From Craspedostauros australis (taxonomy: Eukaryota): a DNA stretch of 43,059 bases. Position numbers and translations under genes: made by a program. This document shows positions 1 through 14,228 of this stretch, piece after piece. Every line of letters starts with the position of its first letter. The first letter of the stretch is position 1. The DNA lies in NCBI GenBank assembly GCA_030167865.1, contig JALAGF010001184.1:1-43059 (forward strand). The letters are read 5' to 3'. The notes under the pieces were generated by a model, which had not been told where the DNA came from, did no database searches, and saw nothing but the letters and a program-made list of their open reading frames with translations.

Positions 1-2041
1 CTCGATGTTCCACCTGCGGGTTGCTCTGCACTTTTTGCTCTCGTTGTATCGTCGTTCATCTTTTTGCTTCGGAAAATCAGGTGTTGGTGGTATCGAACCC
101 ATGAAGCTGGTCCGGTCTGATTCTTCCTCAGTCAACTATTTCGCTCTCCCGGGCGTAAGCCACAGGTTTACGTTACCATGTCGAAATTCCCCGTAGTCCN
201 AAAAGTAACGTGCTCCTGTAACGCTCAGGAGTGATCGATCATGCGCTTGCCACGTTGACGATAGGGGGGTATTTGTTGTTTCTGTACTCTATTCTGGTTT
301 AGTCCCGTACAATCGGGAATTACTGATGTCACACATTTCGACAAATGATTGTTGTGAGGCGACACGTATTTTATTCGAACTGTTCGTAGACCGCTTGGTT
401 GGTCCAACTTGTCGTTTTTCACTTCGTCGCGTTTGTTCGCGCCAAAATGAACCAGATCACACCGAAATTGCGTGCCGTGAGAGTGCTTCGCTCTAGCTCT
501 CCCCAAAAGATGGACACATCAGTACCGCAACAAGAGATCCTTGCTCACAGACTCGCAACAAACAGAGCTGCGAAGATGACACACCAACAGCGATGGTGTG
601 ATGGAGGGGACACCAAGATGGACAATGATCACAACCACAATTGCAATCACAAGCTCAATCGTCGGGAGCCATGATGTATCCCATGAGAATTCTGCTTGGT
701 GGCATGGCCGCTTGAGTACCTCACCTGAATGTTGCTAGATGCGTTGAATGGACAGAGGCAACGGGTTGGACGATCGTTCCTACCAAATGTGACCAGCGAG
801 TCACCAACGCTCCTGATGATGGATGGGGGAGGGGGAGATGACCCCAACTTCCACATGCCGGTACTCCAGGCACTCCATCACTCATAGCTCGCACGGTGCC
901 GATACATCGGTCGTGGTCGAAGAACAGTAGACACGTCCCACGACCCATGGCAACGACGAAGGAGAAACGATAGACTCCACACCATCCACACCAGCGCATC
1001 TGCGAGACAATCCACCCCAACAGTCATCAGACGTTTCATCCCTGCCCCTGCTGCTGACCTCATCCCACTCTTGCGGCCAACGATGCCACCACCGTGCCTC
1101 AGTTTTTCCCAACAAGATGCATTCCGTGGGACTTCCTATGAGAAACCTGCTCCTTGCTTCGTGTGCCGGCACCGGGCATGAATGAGTTCATACCATTCCA
1201 AACTGGTGCGTACGAGTTCGCGCCTCTCAGTACATACAATAGCATAATTACGGATCATGCCATGGGATGCGCGCTGCTGATTTGCGAGTTCGCACGCGCC
1301 ATCAATCTGTGTTGTGAATGCCCATCCCTCTTCCCATCCATCTATCCAGGAACATCTCACTCAACATCAGACGTCACTTCTTTCACTCCGCAGCGTCATG
1401 AAGAGCACGCCAATGGTCGCAACAAGCATTCGTCAATGACAATACGCCTGTCCCGCCGCTTCTCCCTCCGATCGTCCCAATTGGAGGAGGCTGCGGAACG
1501 TGCACCCAAGCACAAAGCACAATCGGTGTGATGATCACGCCAGCTTTTCCTCTGATTTTACTTGAATGGATTGCAACGTATAAAATACGATTAACATAGA
1601 ATGGTATCATGAGAAACGAACACACTAGCACCATACATAAGCACTCTACGAGCTATGTAAACGAATAGATGAAGGCACCATGCTCTTGTCAATGTTGGTA
1701 CTGTCGGCATCACGAAGTTTGTGATGTGCAGCCAATTTGTGACACCTCCCTCCGCCGCCGTCCATTTGTGCTCGCTTCGGCTCGCTCACCCAATCCGTGT
1801 TCTTGATTTGATGTTCGCCATGAGACACGTGAGACATGAAGTTGCACACGACCAAGACAGCAACGACCACGTTGAACACATCCAGATGGCGCCAAGGCGA
1901 CCGAGATGACGTACGTTGATTGGTGCAGAGCTGCAGAACTCCGTCTGTCCTGCGTCCCGCTCAAATTTTTCTAATTTGTTCGAAAAATTGAGGTGCCAAG
2001 AGACACACACAAAGCGCTGGGCCAAGATCGCGAAGTCATCA

Positions 2042-2061
2042 AGAGAGAGAGAGAGAGAGAG
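2042..2061 (+). repeat. (AG)n microsatellite
   Basis: Read directly: agagagagagagagagagag. Confidence 0.9.
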
Positions 2062-2643
2062 TTCAACAACAACAGCAACGACAGCAACAAGAAGAGTGAG
2101 AGGCAGTATCCATCCACAGCAGCTTCATGCAACAATCCAGAGAGGCGCACTCAGCACTACTCTACGACCACACTCGTACGGCCACTATACCCCACCACGC
2201 TGGTGAAACCTTCGCGCCAAAAGACCCAAGACCCAAGCAAGAGAGAGAGCTGGAGAGTAAGCAGAGTAAGCAAAGGGAGAGCAATACCTACCAACAAGCT
2301 CAAACACAACCACTCTGAAGCAGTAGTAGCAGCAACAGTAGTAGCAGCAGCAGAAGACGACGACAGGAAGCGCCAACGTGACACCCCCTGCCGCCAAAAA
2401 TCTCGTCCCCTGTTCGGACCGGATTGTCCAATCGCGCACTCATTTGTTTCGAGTCGATCAGAAGGGTTCAAATACTCGCACCTGAGCAGAGCATACCCAC
2501 ATCAATAACACCAGCAGCAACAGCAACTGCCTCCAACACCATCACTTGTCCACAAGACGCATCAAGTCACCCAGTCATCAAATATTCATTCAACACATAC
2601 TCACCCAGACACGCATTGTCATTGCAGCAACAACCGCCCAACC

Positions 2644-5001
2644 ATGAAGCTCACCTTCACAACGACCGTGTGGCTCTTGCTGTCGCAGCAGCAGGGGCTC
2701 ATCGAAGCCACCTTCTTGCCATCCGGCAACGTCCATCGACCGACCGGCGCCCATGCCAGCAACAATGGCGCTGCGCTCTTCGCTGGTGCTGATGAAATCC
2801 CGGAGCTCGTCAAGGCCTACCGTCGTGGAGGCGGCGGCGGCGCTCCTTTCGATGCCTTCAAGTCGGCCCCTGCCAGTGTGCCAGACTTCATCACCGAACC
2901 AGCGGCAAGCGTCGTCCCGGATGTCCCCGACTCTGCCATCTCCGCCGTCGCCGATGCTGGAGCAAGCGCATTCGATGCAGCGCAGACAGCATCAGATGCA
3001 GCCGCAGCCACCATCACCCCAGAGGCCGCTTCATCCGTCACCTCCATGGTCGATGAATTCGTCAATGCCGTTGATCAGAGCGTCCAGACCGTCGAGGTCC
3101 CCTCCGTCAATCCCCTCCAGATGATCGCCAACAACATCGACTCCTGGAGGTCATCCATCGCTGAGGAGAAGATGCGCCGCGCCGCTGAGTGGGCGTCCGA
3201 TCATTCCAACGCGGTTGCCGCAAAGGCCGCCGCAGCCTCCGAGGCTGGCGAGAAGGCGGAGCCGATGCTCAAGTACCTCGGCAAGAGCTCGGTCACGGCC
3301 GAGGCGGCCGCTGCTTCCGCCGGAAGTTCCTCCATCCAGAGCAAGCTCGGACTGATAGTCTCCAACACGTTCCACATGTTCGGCATGGACGCACCGTCGG
3401 CTGCCCGCAGCGCCGAAAAGGCAGGTGCCGTGGCATCGGTCGAGTCCCTTCCCAGCGCGGAACTCATGCGTGACGTTTCCGAGAAGATCTCCACCTCCGG
3501 TCCATTGGGATGGTTCGCAGCCGGTGCGGCCATCTTGGTTGCCGCAAATCAACGACAGGCTGGCGAAGCCCAGGCACGTCGGCAGATGGAGGACCTCATC
3601 CGAAAGGAGGCTGCCGCAGTCAGGGAACTTGCAAGCGAATTGGTGAGTACTGTTGTTCTGTTCGAACATTGGCCGTTGCGTATGATCTTGCCATTGCATT
3701 GAATTCATTTGAGCTTGTATGTCGTATATCGCAGCGCTGATCAACAGATTGATTCATTTACATCTTCTCAACCTGCAACACACTGCCAATTGCTTGCTCG
3801 CATTCTGCAATTGTATCGCGATGTTACACCCACACACAATATCCAATACTGTCCCACTCAAATCGTATCATGCGCGACAACGCTCTGGCCAAATCTCCAT
3901 GTCCGGAACGAGCAGAAGCTAATGAGCAACGAGATCAAGTCCCTCAAGGGCAGCACCCTCGAGCTTCGCAACAAACTCAAGGAAACCACCGACGAGCTCA
4001 CCCAGAAGGAATTGCAAATCAGCCACGAACGACTCAAGGTCGCCGAGAAGGAGCTCACCATGAAGCGCGAGGTTCAGAAGTACAAGAACGCCGCCAGCGC
4101 CAACGAAGAGCGATCCCGAAAACTCGAAGAGCAGTTGCAGGAGACCATCCAAGTCAAGCAGGCCCTGGTCGAAGCCACGGAGAAGGTCAAGGAGATGGAA
4201 CGCGAGCTCAAGGCTGTGCAAACCGAGGAAGAGGAACCAGTCCTGGAGGAGCCCGTCATGGCAGATCCTATGAAGGAGGAGGAACCAATTCTGGAGGAGC
4301 CAGTCATGGCAGATCTCACGAAGGACGTTCCAGAACTCGATGACCTCATCATGGACGAAACCATCTTGAACAATTTCGTCATGGAGGATTTCATCATGGA
4401 CGACTCCATGCTGTCGGATTCCGAAATCGATGAAATTGACGAGGACTTGATTCTGACCCCAGCTCTGGATGAGCCAAACATGGACGATCCAACACCGATG
4501 CTCGACGACGGCGGCGACGCTGAGGTTCTCACACAGGTCAATGGTTCCACTGCCACAGTGACGATGCCAAAGCGAAAGCGCGCCACAACCAAGAAGGCAG
4601 CCACCAAGAAGAAGACTGCTGCCAAGAAGGCAGCCACAAAGAAGGCAGCCACCAAGAAGACCACCGCCAAGAAGGCAGCCGCAAAGAAAAAGGCCGCCAC
4701 CAGAAAGAAGACGACCACCGTGAAAGCCGAGGCAGATACCGCATCGGAGGCCGAGACAAAGACCGTGACAACGGTTGCAACGAAGAAGTCCCTTCCAAAG
4801 GGCGTCACCAACAAGGCAAAAACACAACAGCCAATCGAGGTTGTGGGCGAGGACTGGGCGATTCTGTCAGACTCGGCTTTGCGACGCAAGACGGTCGCGC
4901 AATTGAAGAGCTACCTGGAATCCAAGGGATTCACAACGGTCGGCAACGATGGGAAGATTTTGAAGAAGGCACTCTTGTTGGATGCCGTGCGCGCAGCATG
5001 A
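2644..5001 (+). CDS. Putative plastid-targeted protein with a hydrophobic segment, coiled coil, acidic region, K/A/T-rich histone-H1-like region and C-terminal SAP/Rho_N-like helix-extension-helix domain; 2 exons (2644-3642, ~3916-5001)
   Basis: ORFs 2644..3702 and 3709..5001 join in phase 0 through the donor TTG|GTGAGT at 3643 and the acceptor CAG| at 3915, giving ...ELASEL|KLMSNEIK. The N-terminus MKLTFTTTVWLLL...EAT-FLPS...ALFA resembles a diatom bipartite presequence. KKAATKK repeats are present and the C-terminus reads LRRKTVAQLKSYLESKG...LKKALLLDAV. Confidence 0.75.
3643..3915 (+). other. Spliceosomal intron (GT-AG)
   Basis: GTGAGT donor and CAG acceptor are phase-compatible, and the intervening sequence is AT-richer with an in-frame stop. 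The AG ending at 3912 is an alternative acceptor. Confidence 0.7.
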
Positions 5002-6061
5002 ACGCAGCAAATCGGCCGAGACGCAGACGAGCATGCAGGCACAACTATTTGTTGATTCATTCTTCGTGGTTTGATGTTCCAGAAATTAACTCAATAATTC
5101 ATTCATTCATCCATCTCGACCATGACCAATCAGTCAGCCAATCAATCCATCGTTTCATCCTCTTTGCAAACAACTGTGGGACATCAGGAGCAATTGAAGC
5201 AGTGTTGCATTCTCTATCAGCAACACTGCTTTCCACTCTACTCTATCGGAAGAGCACTCCCTTGGCCAAGAACCGCGGGATGGTGTCAAATTTATCCTCG
5301 GACTTCTCCAGTTCTCTCCCGAACGTTTGCCTGGACAGCCCCTTCACCTACTTCTGCCGACGAACGTCACCGCGCCTATGCTGCCTTCAACAACGACTTC
5401 ACAACCACCTTCACCGCATTGCACTCTTGATTGTGCTCCTCGACCTACGATTTCAATCGCGCAATGTCCTTCCTGCACATTGCCCACGCATCCGATGGCG
5501 GCAGACAACGGCCATGGTCGCCTCCTTTCGCGTGTCGTTTTCTCCGCGCTTGTTGTTTGCATTTCGTCATGTCTCGTTCCAGTTTTTCGATTTGTGGCTC
5601 GTTTTAGTCGAGTGGTTCAATAAATGCCCCCGAATAATAAATAGGGGTGCAGATGCAACAATCCCCTTTGTTTGACACCTCCCCTTCTTCGAGAGACATC
5701 GCCTTTGTTGTCTGTGTGCCTGCTGACGTCGTTCTGGAGGTTGTTGTGTCTTCTCCTTTTGTTCGGTTGGGTGTCACATGCGGAGACAACGAAGGACACG
5801 AGAAAAAACCACCAACAACCACAATCACCACAGAGAGGCAGCCCATCCATCAAATGGCGCAAAGAGACATCGTGGCAAACTGGAGATACCCCTTGTGGAC
5901 GCGTTTTGTTGTGCTCTCTTGCATCCAGAACACTCATCCGATACGCTGAGACGACGAGGTGGAAGAGATACCTCGATCTCTCAACAGGCAAGCCGCAGCA
6001 GACACCATCAGTACTCTGGAGAATAGTCTTTGCCATACCGTACCGCACCGTTACGCAAACG

Positions 6062-8793
<2,732 letters not shown>

Positions 8794-9543
8794 TAGCATA
8801 GCATGTGGCAGCGTATCATCCGGGTCTCGCACTCTTTAAGTCATGGTTGCATCCGAAACACACGACGAGCTGAGTAGTGTGCTCATGTGCGCTTTCTCTT
8901 GTGTGTGGAGCATGTGATTATGATGAATGATGCAATTGTCCACTCTCTTGCTTCGCAGCTGATAGAAGTCAATCCATTTTCATTTTATTGAGATGATTGC
9001 CGCAGCTCCTCTCGATCGCCATCCAAATTAATCACACGAGTCAATTACAACTTCAACGAGAGTATCCGATCGTCGGACTATGTCCTTGAATCAGTCCGTT
9101 AGTGTCAATGTTCTCAACAGGATGACGTATTTTTGTCCACCCTCCAGCGCATCAACGCTACATCGGCGCACGAACAGGCATCACCAAAACCAAGTCATCA
9201 TCGAGCACAATCTCCGCACTCTCATCTTTCTCGAAGGTCATCATCAGTACCGACGCAGTCTTCGTCACAGTCGTCATCTTTGTTGTTGACCGCACGTCAT
9301 TTCTGTTTCTGCGCAACTACAGTTGACGCCAATTGTGGAACGCAACACATCACTTTGCGTCACATCTCGCTTTCGTCATAAAGTAATCGTTTGCGCTCAG
9401 AGTGTTCTGTTGTGTTGGAATTGATTTCGAATCCCATCACACATCATCCCATCGCACATCATCCATCACAAAGTTGTACTCTCGAACGTCACGCAGCACA
9501 GCACAACACATAAAAAACAAAACAAATCAAAGCAACGCCAATA

Positions 9544-11382
9544 ATGAAGTTCACATTCGGAGCCGTTGCCGGAACGGTCGCCTTGATGGCCACCTCCGTC
9601 GCTGCATTCGCGCCGTACACTCGCCTGAGCGGAGCCAGCACAGCCTCCAGCAATGGCAACACGCTGGTGATGAAGGATTACCCAAAGCCAAATGTGGAGA
9701 ACACTGACAACTACCGCAACTTTGAGAAGCTGTCCAAATCCTTCCAGAACGAGCTGAAGGCCGAGGGCTCTCAGAAGAAGAAGGTCGCCATCATCGGAGG
9801 AGGACTTTCCGGCCTTGCCTGTGCCAAGTATCTCGTCGATGCCGGACACGAGCCAACCGTCTACGAGGCTCGCGATGTGCTGGGAGGCAAAGTCTCCGCA
9901 TGGCAGGATGCCGATGGCGACTGGATCGAGACCGGTCTTCACATCTTCTTCGGAGCCTACCCCAACATGATGAACCTCTTCGCGGAGCTCGACATCCACG
10001 ACCGTCTGCAGTGGAAGATTCACCAGATGATCTTCGCCATGCAGGAGCTGCCAGGTGAATTCACCACGTTCGATTTCATCCCCGGCATCCCGGCCCCATT
10101 CAACTTCGGCCTCGCCATTCTGTCCAACCAAAAGATGCTCACGCTGGGCGAGAAGATTCAGACGGCACCGCCGCTCCTCCCCATGCTCATCGAGGGACAG
10201 CCATTCATCGATGCGCAGGACGAGCTCTCCGTCACCGACTTCATGCGCAAGTACGGCATGCCCGAGCGCATCAACGAGGAGGTCTTCATCGCCATGGCCA
10301 AGGCCCTGGACTTCATCGACCCTGACAAGCTGAGCATGACCGTCGTCCTCACCGCCATGAACCGCTTCCTCAACGAGGACAACGGTCTCCAGATGGCCTT
10401 CCTCGACGGCAACCAGCCCGACCGCCTCTGCGCACCCATGCGCGACCACATCGAAAGCAAGGGAGGCAAGGTCGTCCTCAACTCCCCCATTAAGCAGATC
10501 GTCACGTCCGAGGATGGCAGCACCATCGATCACCTCGAGCTGCGTTCCGGTGACAAGATCGTCGCCGACGAGTACGTCTCGGCCATGCCCGTCGACATCA
10601 TGCGACGCATGGTGCCCAAGAAGTGGCAGAACATGCCTTACTTCCGCCAGTTCGACGAACTCGAGGGCATCCCCGTCATCAACCTCCACATGTGGTTCGA
10701 CCGCAAGCTCAAGGCCGTCGACCATCTCTGCTTCTCGCGTTCACCCCTCCTCTCCGTTTACGCCGACATGAGCGTGACGTGCAAGGAGTACTACGACCCG
10801 GAGGCCTCCATGCTCGAGCTCGTCTTCGCCCCGTGCTCGCCCATCGCCGGCAGCAAAGTGAACTGGATCAGCAAGAGCGACGAGGAGATCATCGACGCCA
10901 CGATGGGAGAGCTGGCACGTCTCTTCCCCACCGAGATCGCCGCCGACGAAAAGTGGCCCGCCACGAAGAACCAGGGACCGCAGGGTCAGGCCCGTCTGCG
11001 CAAGTTCGCCGTCGTGAAGGTGCCACGCAGCGTCTACGCGGCCGTGCCGGGACGCAACAAGTACCGTCCTTCCCAGAACACTCCCATCGAGGGCCTCACC
11101 ATGGCCGGCGACTGGACGTCCCAGAAGTTCCTCGGATCCATGGAGGGTGCCGTGTTCGCAGGCAAGTTGGCCGCCGAGGTCGTGGCCAAGAAGGCCAAGA
11201 ACATCGAGCTGCCCGAGGACAAGGTCATCCAGCAGAACATCATCGCCGCCGCCAACGACTACGTGGCCAAGGAGCCAATCGGTGTCAAGGGAGAGGGTGC
11301 CATCGCGTTCGGAGGAGGCGCAGCTTTGACCCAGCAGAACGAGTCGCTGCTCAAGGAGGCCGATCCAGTCATTTTCGCGTAA
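9544..11382 (+). CDS. PDS: Phytoene desaturase (15-cis-phytoene desaturase), plastid precursor, 612 aa, intronless
   Basis: Signal peptide with VAA-FAP motif. Motifs include DYPKP, the FAD-binding IIGGGLSGLACAKYL, EARDVLGGKVSAWQDADGDWIETGLHIFFGAYPN and AGDWTSQKFLGSMEGAV. Codon usage is strongly biased to C/G at third positions. Confidence 0.97.
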   Translation: MKFTFGAVAGTVALMATSVAAFAPYTRLSGASTASSNGNTLVMKDYPKPNVENTDNYRNFEKLSKSFQNELKAEGSQKKKVAIIGGGLSGLACAKYLVDAGHEPTVYEARDVLGGKVSAWQDADGDWIETGLHIFFGAYPNMMNLFAELDIHDRLQWKIHQMIFAMQELPGEFTTFDFIPGIPAPFNFGLAILSNQKMLTLGEKIQTAPPLLPMLIEGQPFIDAQDELSVTDFMRKYGMPERINEEVFIAMAKALDFIDPDKLSMTVVLTAMNRFLNEDNGLQMAFLDGNQPDRLCAPMRDHIESKGGKVVLNSPIKQIVTSEDGSTIDHLELRSGDKIVADEYVSAMPVDIMRRMVPKKWQNMPYFRQFDELEGIPVINLHMWFDRKLKAVDHLCFSRSPLLSVYADMSVTCKEYYDPEASMLELVFAPCSPIAGSKVNWISKSDEEIIDATMGELARLFPTEIAADEKWPATKNQGPQGQARLRKFAVVKVPRSVYAAVPGRNKYRPSQNTPIEGLTMAGDWTSQKFLGSMEGAVFAGKLAAEVVAKKAKNIELPEDKVIQQNIIAAANDYVAKEPIGVKGEGAIAFGGGAALTQQNESLLKEADPVIFA

Positions 11383-11858
11383 TTCGTTGTGCGCAACATA
11401 TGAATACTCTACTCTGTCGTATGGTATGGTCCTATAGTGGGGCTGGCATGATGTATGAGTAGACGGGGGTCTTCCAACAATGATTAATCACATAGCACTC
11501 TATCTCTCTAGATCTTCACGATACGATGATGCAGCTTGACACAAACGCTCTACTATTCTGGGCCGTATTATTCTATGAGCGTGTGATGTTTTACGAGCCC
11601 GAACACGGTGACGAAAAACGAGTCGAATGTGTGAATCTGAAAGCCAAAACACGACCCGGAAATTGCCACAGAGAACAACGACAAAACGTCGAAACAACTC
11701 GCGCCACAACCAGCAAAAATGACACGAATGGAACAGCAACAAGGACTCTACTGCTCACTCACACCATACCGCTCGAAGGGCTGGGACTTTACGACCTATT
11801 GATCGGAGCAGTATCACAATCCAGATTCACCGAATCACATTGAATAACATTGAATGCC

Positions 11859-13328
11859 ATGGCCATGAATCGCAACGCAGGTACTCGAAGAAGGATGCTC
11901 ACATCTGAAGGCAGGAGAGCTTCGTCGGCCAACTGGAAGCAACGACTATCGCTTTGCATCATTGGATTGTCATCGTGCTGGTTCCTGTTCGGCTCGGACT
12001 CACAGTTGCAGGCGGTGTCATTGCTTCAGATCGATCAAGCAGCGCAACCAGGGCAACACGAACAGAGCGATGTTGCTGTTCAAGAGATACAGCCGGTATC
12101 AACAATACCAACAACTACAGCAACAACAACATCAACAACAAGATCAGCAGCCACAGACACCTCCACACAACCCTCACAACCCAAACAACCACCATGTTAC
12201 AGACAATGCAAACATCGCAAGAACAAGATCCTTTACTTCATGATTCCTCATCGAGGCGCAGGCATGAACGACCGCGTCTACCAATTCCAACGTCTCATGC
12301 AGATGGCTGGCTACCTCTGTGCGACGCTGGAAGCAGCTCGGCCAGTCCTGCTGCTGTCCGAAGAACACAATGCCGGCGACCCGATAGCACCCACTCTGAG
12401 ATGGGATGATTTCATCGAACATAGATTCCTGGGCGACGACGTGTTGGCATTGTCCGAACTCAATCCCATGCATACCGACAAATTGTCGGAAGTGCCCAGG
12501 ATGAAGGATCATATCCGATACTACAGCAGCAAGAACAGCAGTAGCTGGAGAATTGGCGACAAAGCGTCCAAGACGGCACGCGCCAAGGTGATCGTCACAA
12601 AGAAAGAAGAGCAATTCGAACAGCACTTCCTCGAGGCGGAGGCCCATTCCTTCCATAACGAGGAACAGCCTTTCGCGTGGTTCATCGTTCCCAACTTTTA
12701 TGTGCTGCAAGATCAAGGGAAAGGAAAGGATTGGGTCCAGCAACGCCGCGATAACCCATCGCATCCCTTCCATGCGCATTGGAGGTCGATCAATCCGTTG
12801 TCGTTCGAAAACGGACAACAGAACTGCAACTACCTCCATCCCAAGACCATACCGGCCCCCATGCGGCACGTCGCCGATTCGATGAAAGCCGAGATAGCGC
12901 AATCCACCACAAACATTGCACGCGTCCCAATCTTCTTCCACGTCCGCCGCGGCGACACGAAGGAACAATGCGATACGAGCCTGCCGCGCGTCGAACGGTA
13001 CATCAATTGCACCTTCAGTCGCACCGAACAAAAACCTCTCCTCGTGCTGTTCGACAGCGACGAGCGCGATGCGCAGTACCGAGAGACGGTGCTCGATCGA
13101 CTGCGTGCGCGTGAACATATGGAGGCCGTCGACGCCGATCGATTGATCCGCAAGCACATGCAGTTGGCCCAGCAGCAAGGCATTCTGCAACCGCAACATA
13201 TGATCAACATGTACGCATTCATGGTGTCGAACGTCCTCAAATGGACCTACTGCCGGCATGTGTTGCAGCTGCGGCGCGACACATGTCGCGATTGCGATTT
13301 TTTGGCCGGGTGGATGGGGTTGGCGTAG
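11859..13328 (+). CDS. Type II membrane protein, putative GT-B fucosyltransferase-like glycosyltransferase
   Basis: Basic N-tail, hydrophobic anchor (LSLCIIGLSSCWFLFG), Thr/Gln-rich stem, a GAGMNDR loop and the motif FHVRRGD, which resembles motif I of the alpha1,2/alpha1,6/O-fucosyltransferase superfamily. The first in-frame ATG is at 11859. Confidence 0.55.
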   Translation: MAMNRNAGTRRRMLTSEGRRASSANWKQRLSLCIIGLSSCWFLFGSDSQLQAVSLLQIDQAAQPGQHEQSDVAVQEIQPVSTIPTTTATTTSTTRSAATDTSTQPSQPKQPPCYRQCKHRKNKILYFMIPHRGAGMNDRVYQFQRLMQMAGYLCATLEAARPVLLLSEEHNAGDPIAPTLRWDDFIEHRFLGDDVLALSELNPMHTDKLSEVPRMKDHIRYYSSKNSSSWRIGDKASKTARAKVIVTKKEEQFEQHFLEAEAHSFHNEEQPFAWFIVPNFYVLQDQGKGKDWVQQRRDNPSHPFHAHWRSINPLSFENGQQNCNYLHPKTIPAPMRHVADSMKAEIAQSTTNIARVPIFFHVRRGDTKEQCDTSLPRVERYINCTFSRTEQKPLLVLFDSDERDAQYRETVLDRLRAREHMEAVDADRLIRKHMQLAQQQGILQPQHMINMYAFMVSNVLKWTYCRHVLQLRRDTCRDCDFLAGWMGLA

Positions 13329-14091
13329 TAGACTTTGGCAAGGACGATGATGGAGCAAGCGGAGTCGCAAAAGCTGATGGGAAATTGGAGAGTATCCATG
13401 CTTGACATCATCATGTGCATCGCTGCGTTCCGATAATGGAGTAAGCGCAGGAAGAGGCAAGTGCGAGTATTCCAAAGCAAATGACTCTTAATAGATTATG
13501 CATCTTCATCTCATACAAATGCTATGCCACACAACCAAAGGTCAAATGTGCAGTCAGCGGATCGTTGACTATCCATCAAGGTGATGATCAAGTTGACTGT
13601 GAACAACGTAGACCTAGATCCGATGGTTAGATTGGATTGAGGCAATCACGACCCAATGAGAACTCACGACCCAATGAATCCTGTTTCACGCACTCCACGA
13701 CACAACTCTGCAACCAAACCGCGACTCACAAAATCCTTCGTTCCGAAGAGGCACGTTGACACGAAAACGGCTGGTGAACAACAGTCCGCAACCAGTTTCG
13801 GAACGCAACAACGCACGATTAGTCGCTTGGTGTTGTTGAGAACGCTATGCAGGAATCTTGCATGGAAGGCACAAGCATCACAGCATGATGCGGAACAGCC
13901 ATAATCTTTCAATTCGGAAGAGAGGAAAGAGGCAGAGCAACATAATCAAGCAGAGCGAGGCCAAGTGTATGCCACAACACTTGTCTGGAAAGGCAAACGG
14001 AGAGCAAGAGCGAGAGGCAAGCAAGGAAGCATCGGCATCACTGATCTGTGATACCATCCATTCTCCATCTCACATAATCTCTGTCAAAGGC

Positions 14092-14196
14092 AGGAGCAAC
14101 AGCAGTAGCAACATCAGTAGCAACAGCAGTAGCAGTAGCAACAGCAGTAGCAGGAGCAGTAGCAACAGCAGTAGCAACATCAACAACATCAACAGC
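14092..14196 (+). repeat. Degenerate AGC/AGT/AAC trinucleotide-derived simple repeat just upstream of the 14229 ATG
   Basis: Read directly: agcaacagcagtagcaacatcagtagcaacagcagtagcagtagcaacagcagtagc... Confidence 0.85.
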
Positions 14197-14228
14197 GACA
14201 GGGATCGTGCATCTCCAACACAGCAACC

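Noticed and set aside
1136-1360. Short ORF with CTERRELV...ELIHARCRH, faintly like GIY-YIG/Penelope C-terminal motifs
   Set aside because: Too short and degenerate, with no other supporting motif nearby; cannot be supported without a search.
9466-11462. Long overlapping ORFs (9466..10725 minus; 10623..11462 plus)
   Set aside because: Shadow frames of the strongly codon-biased PDS gene with no recognisable motifs.
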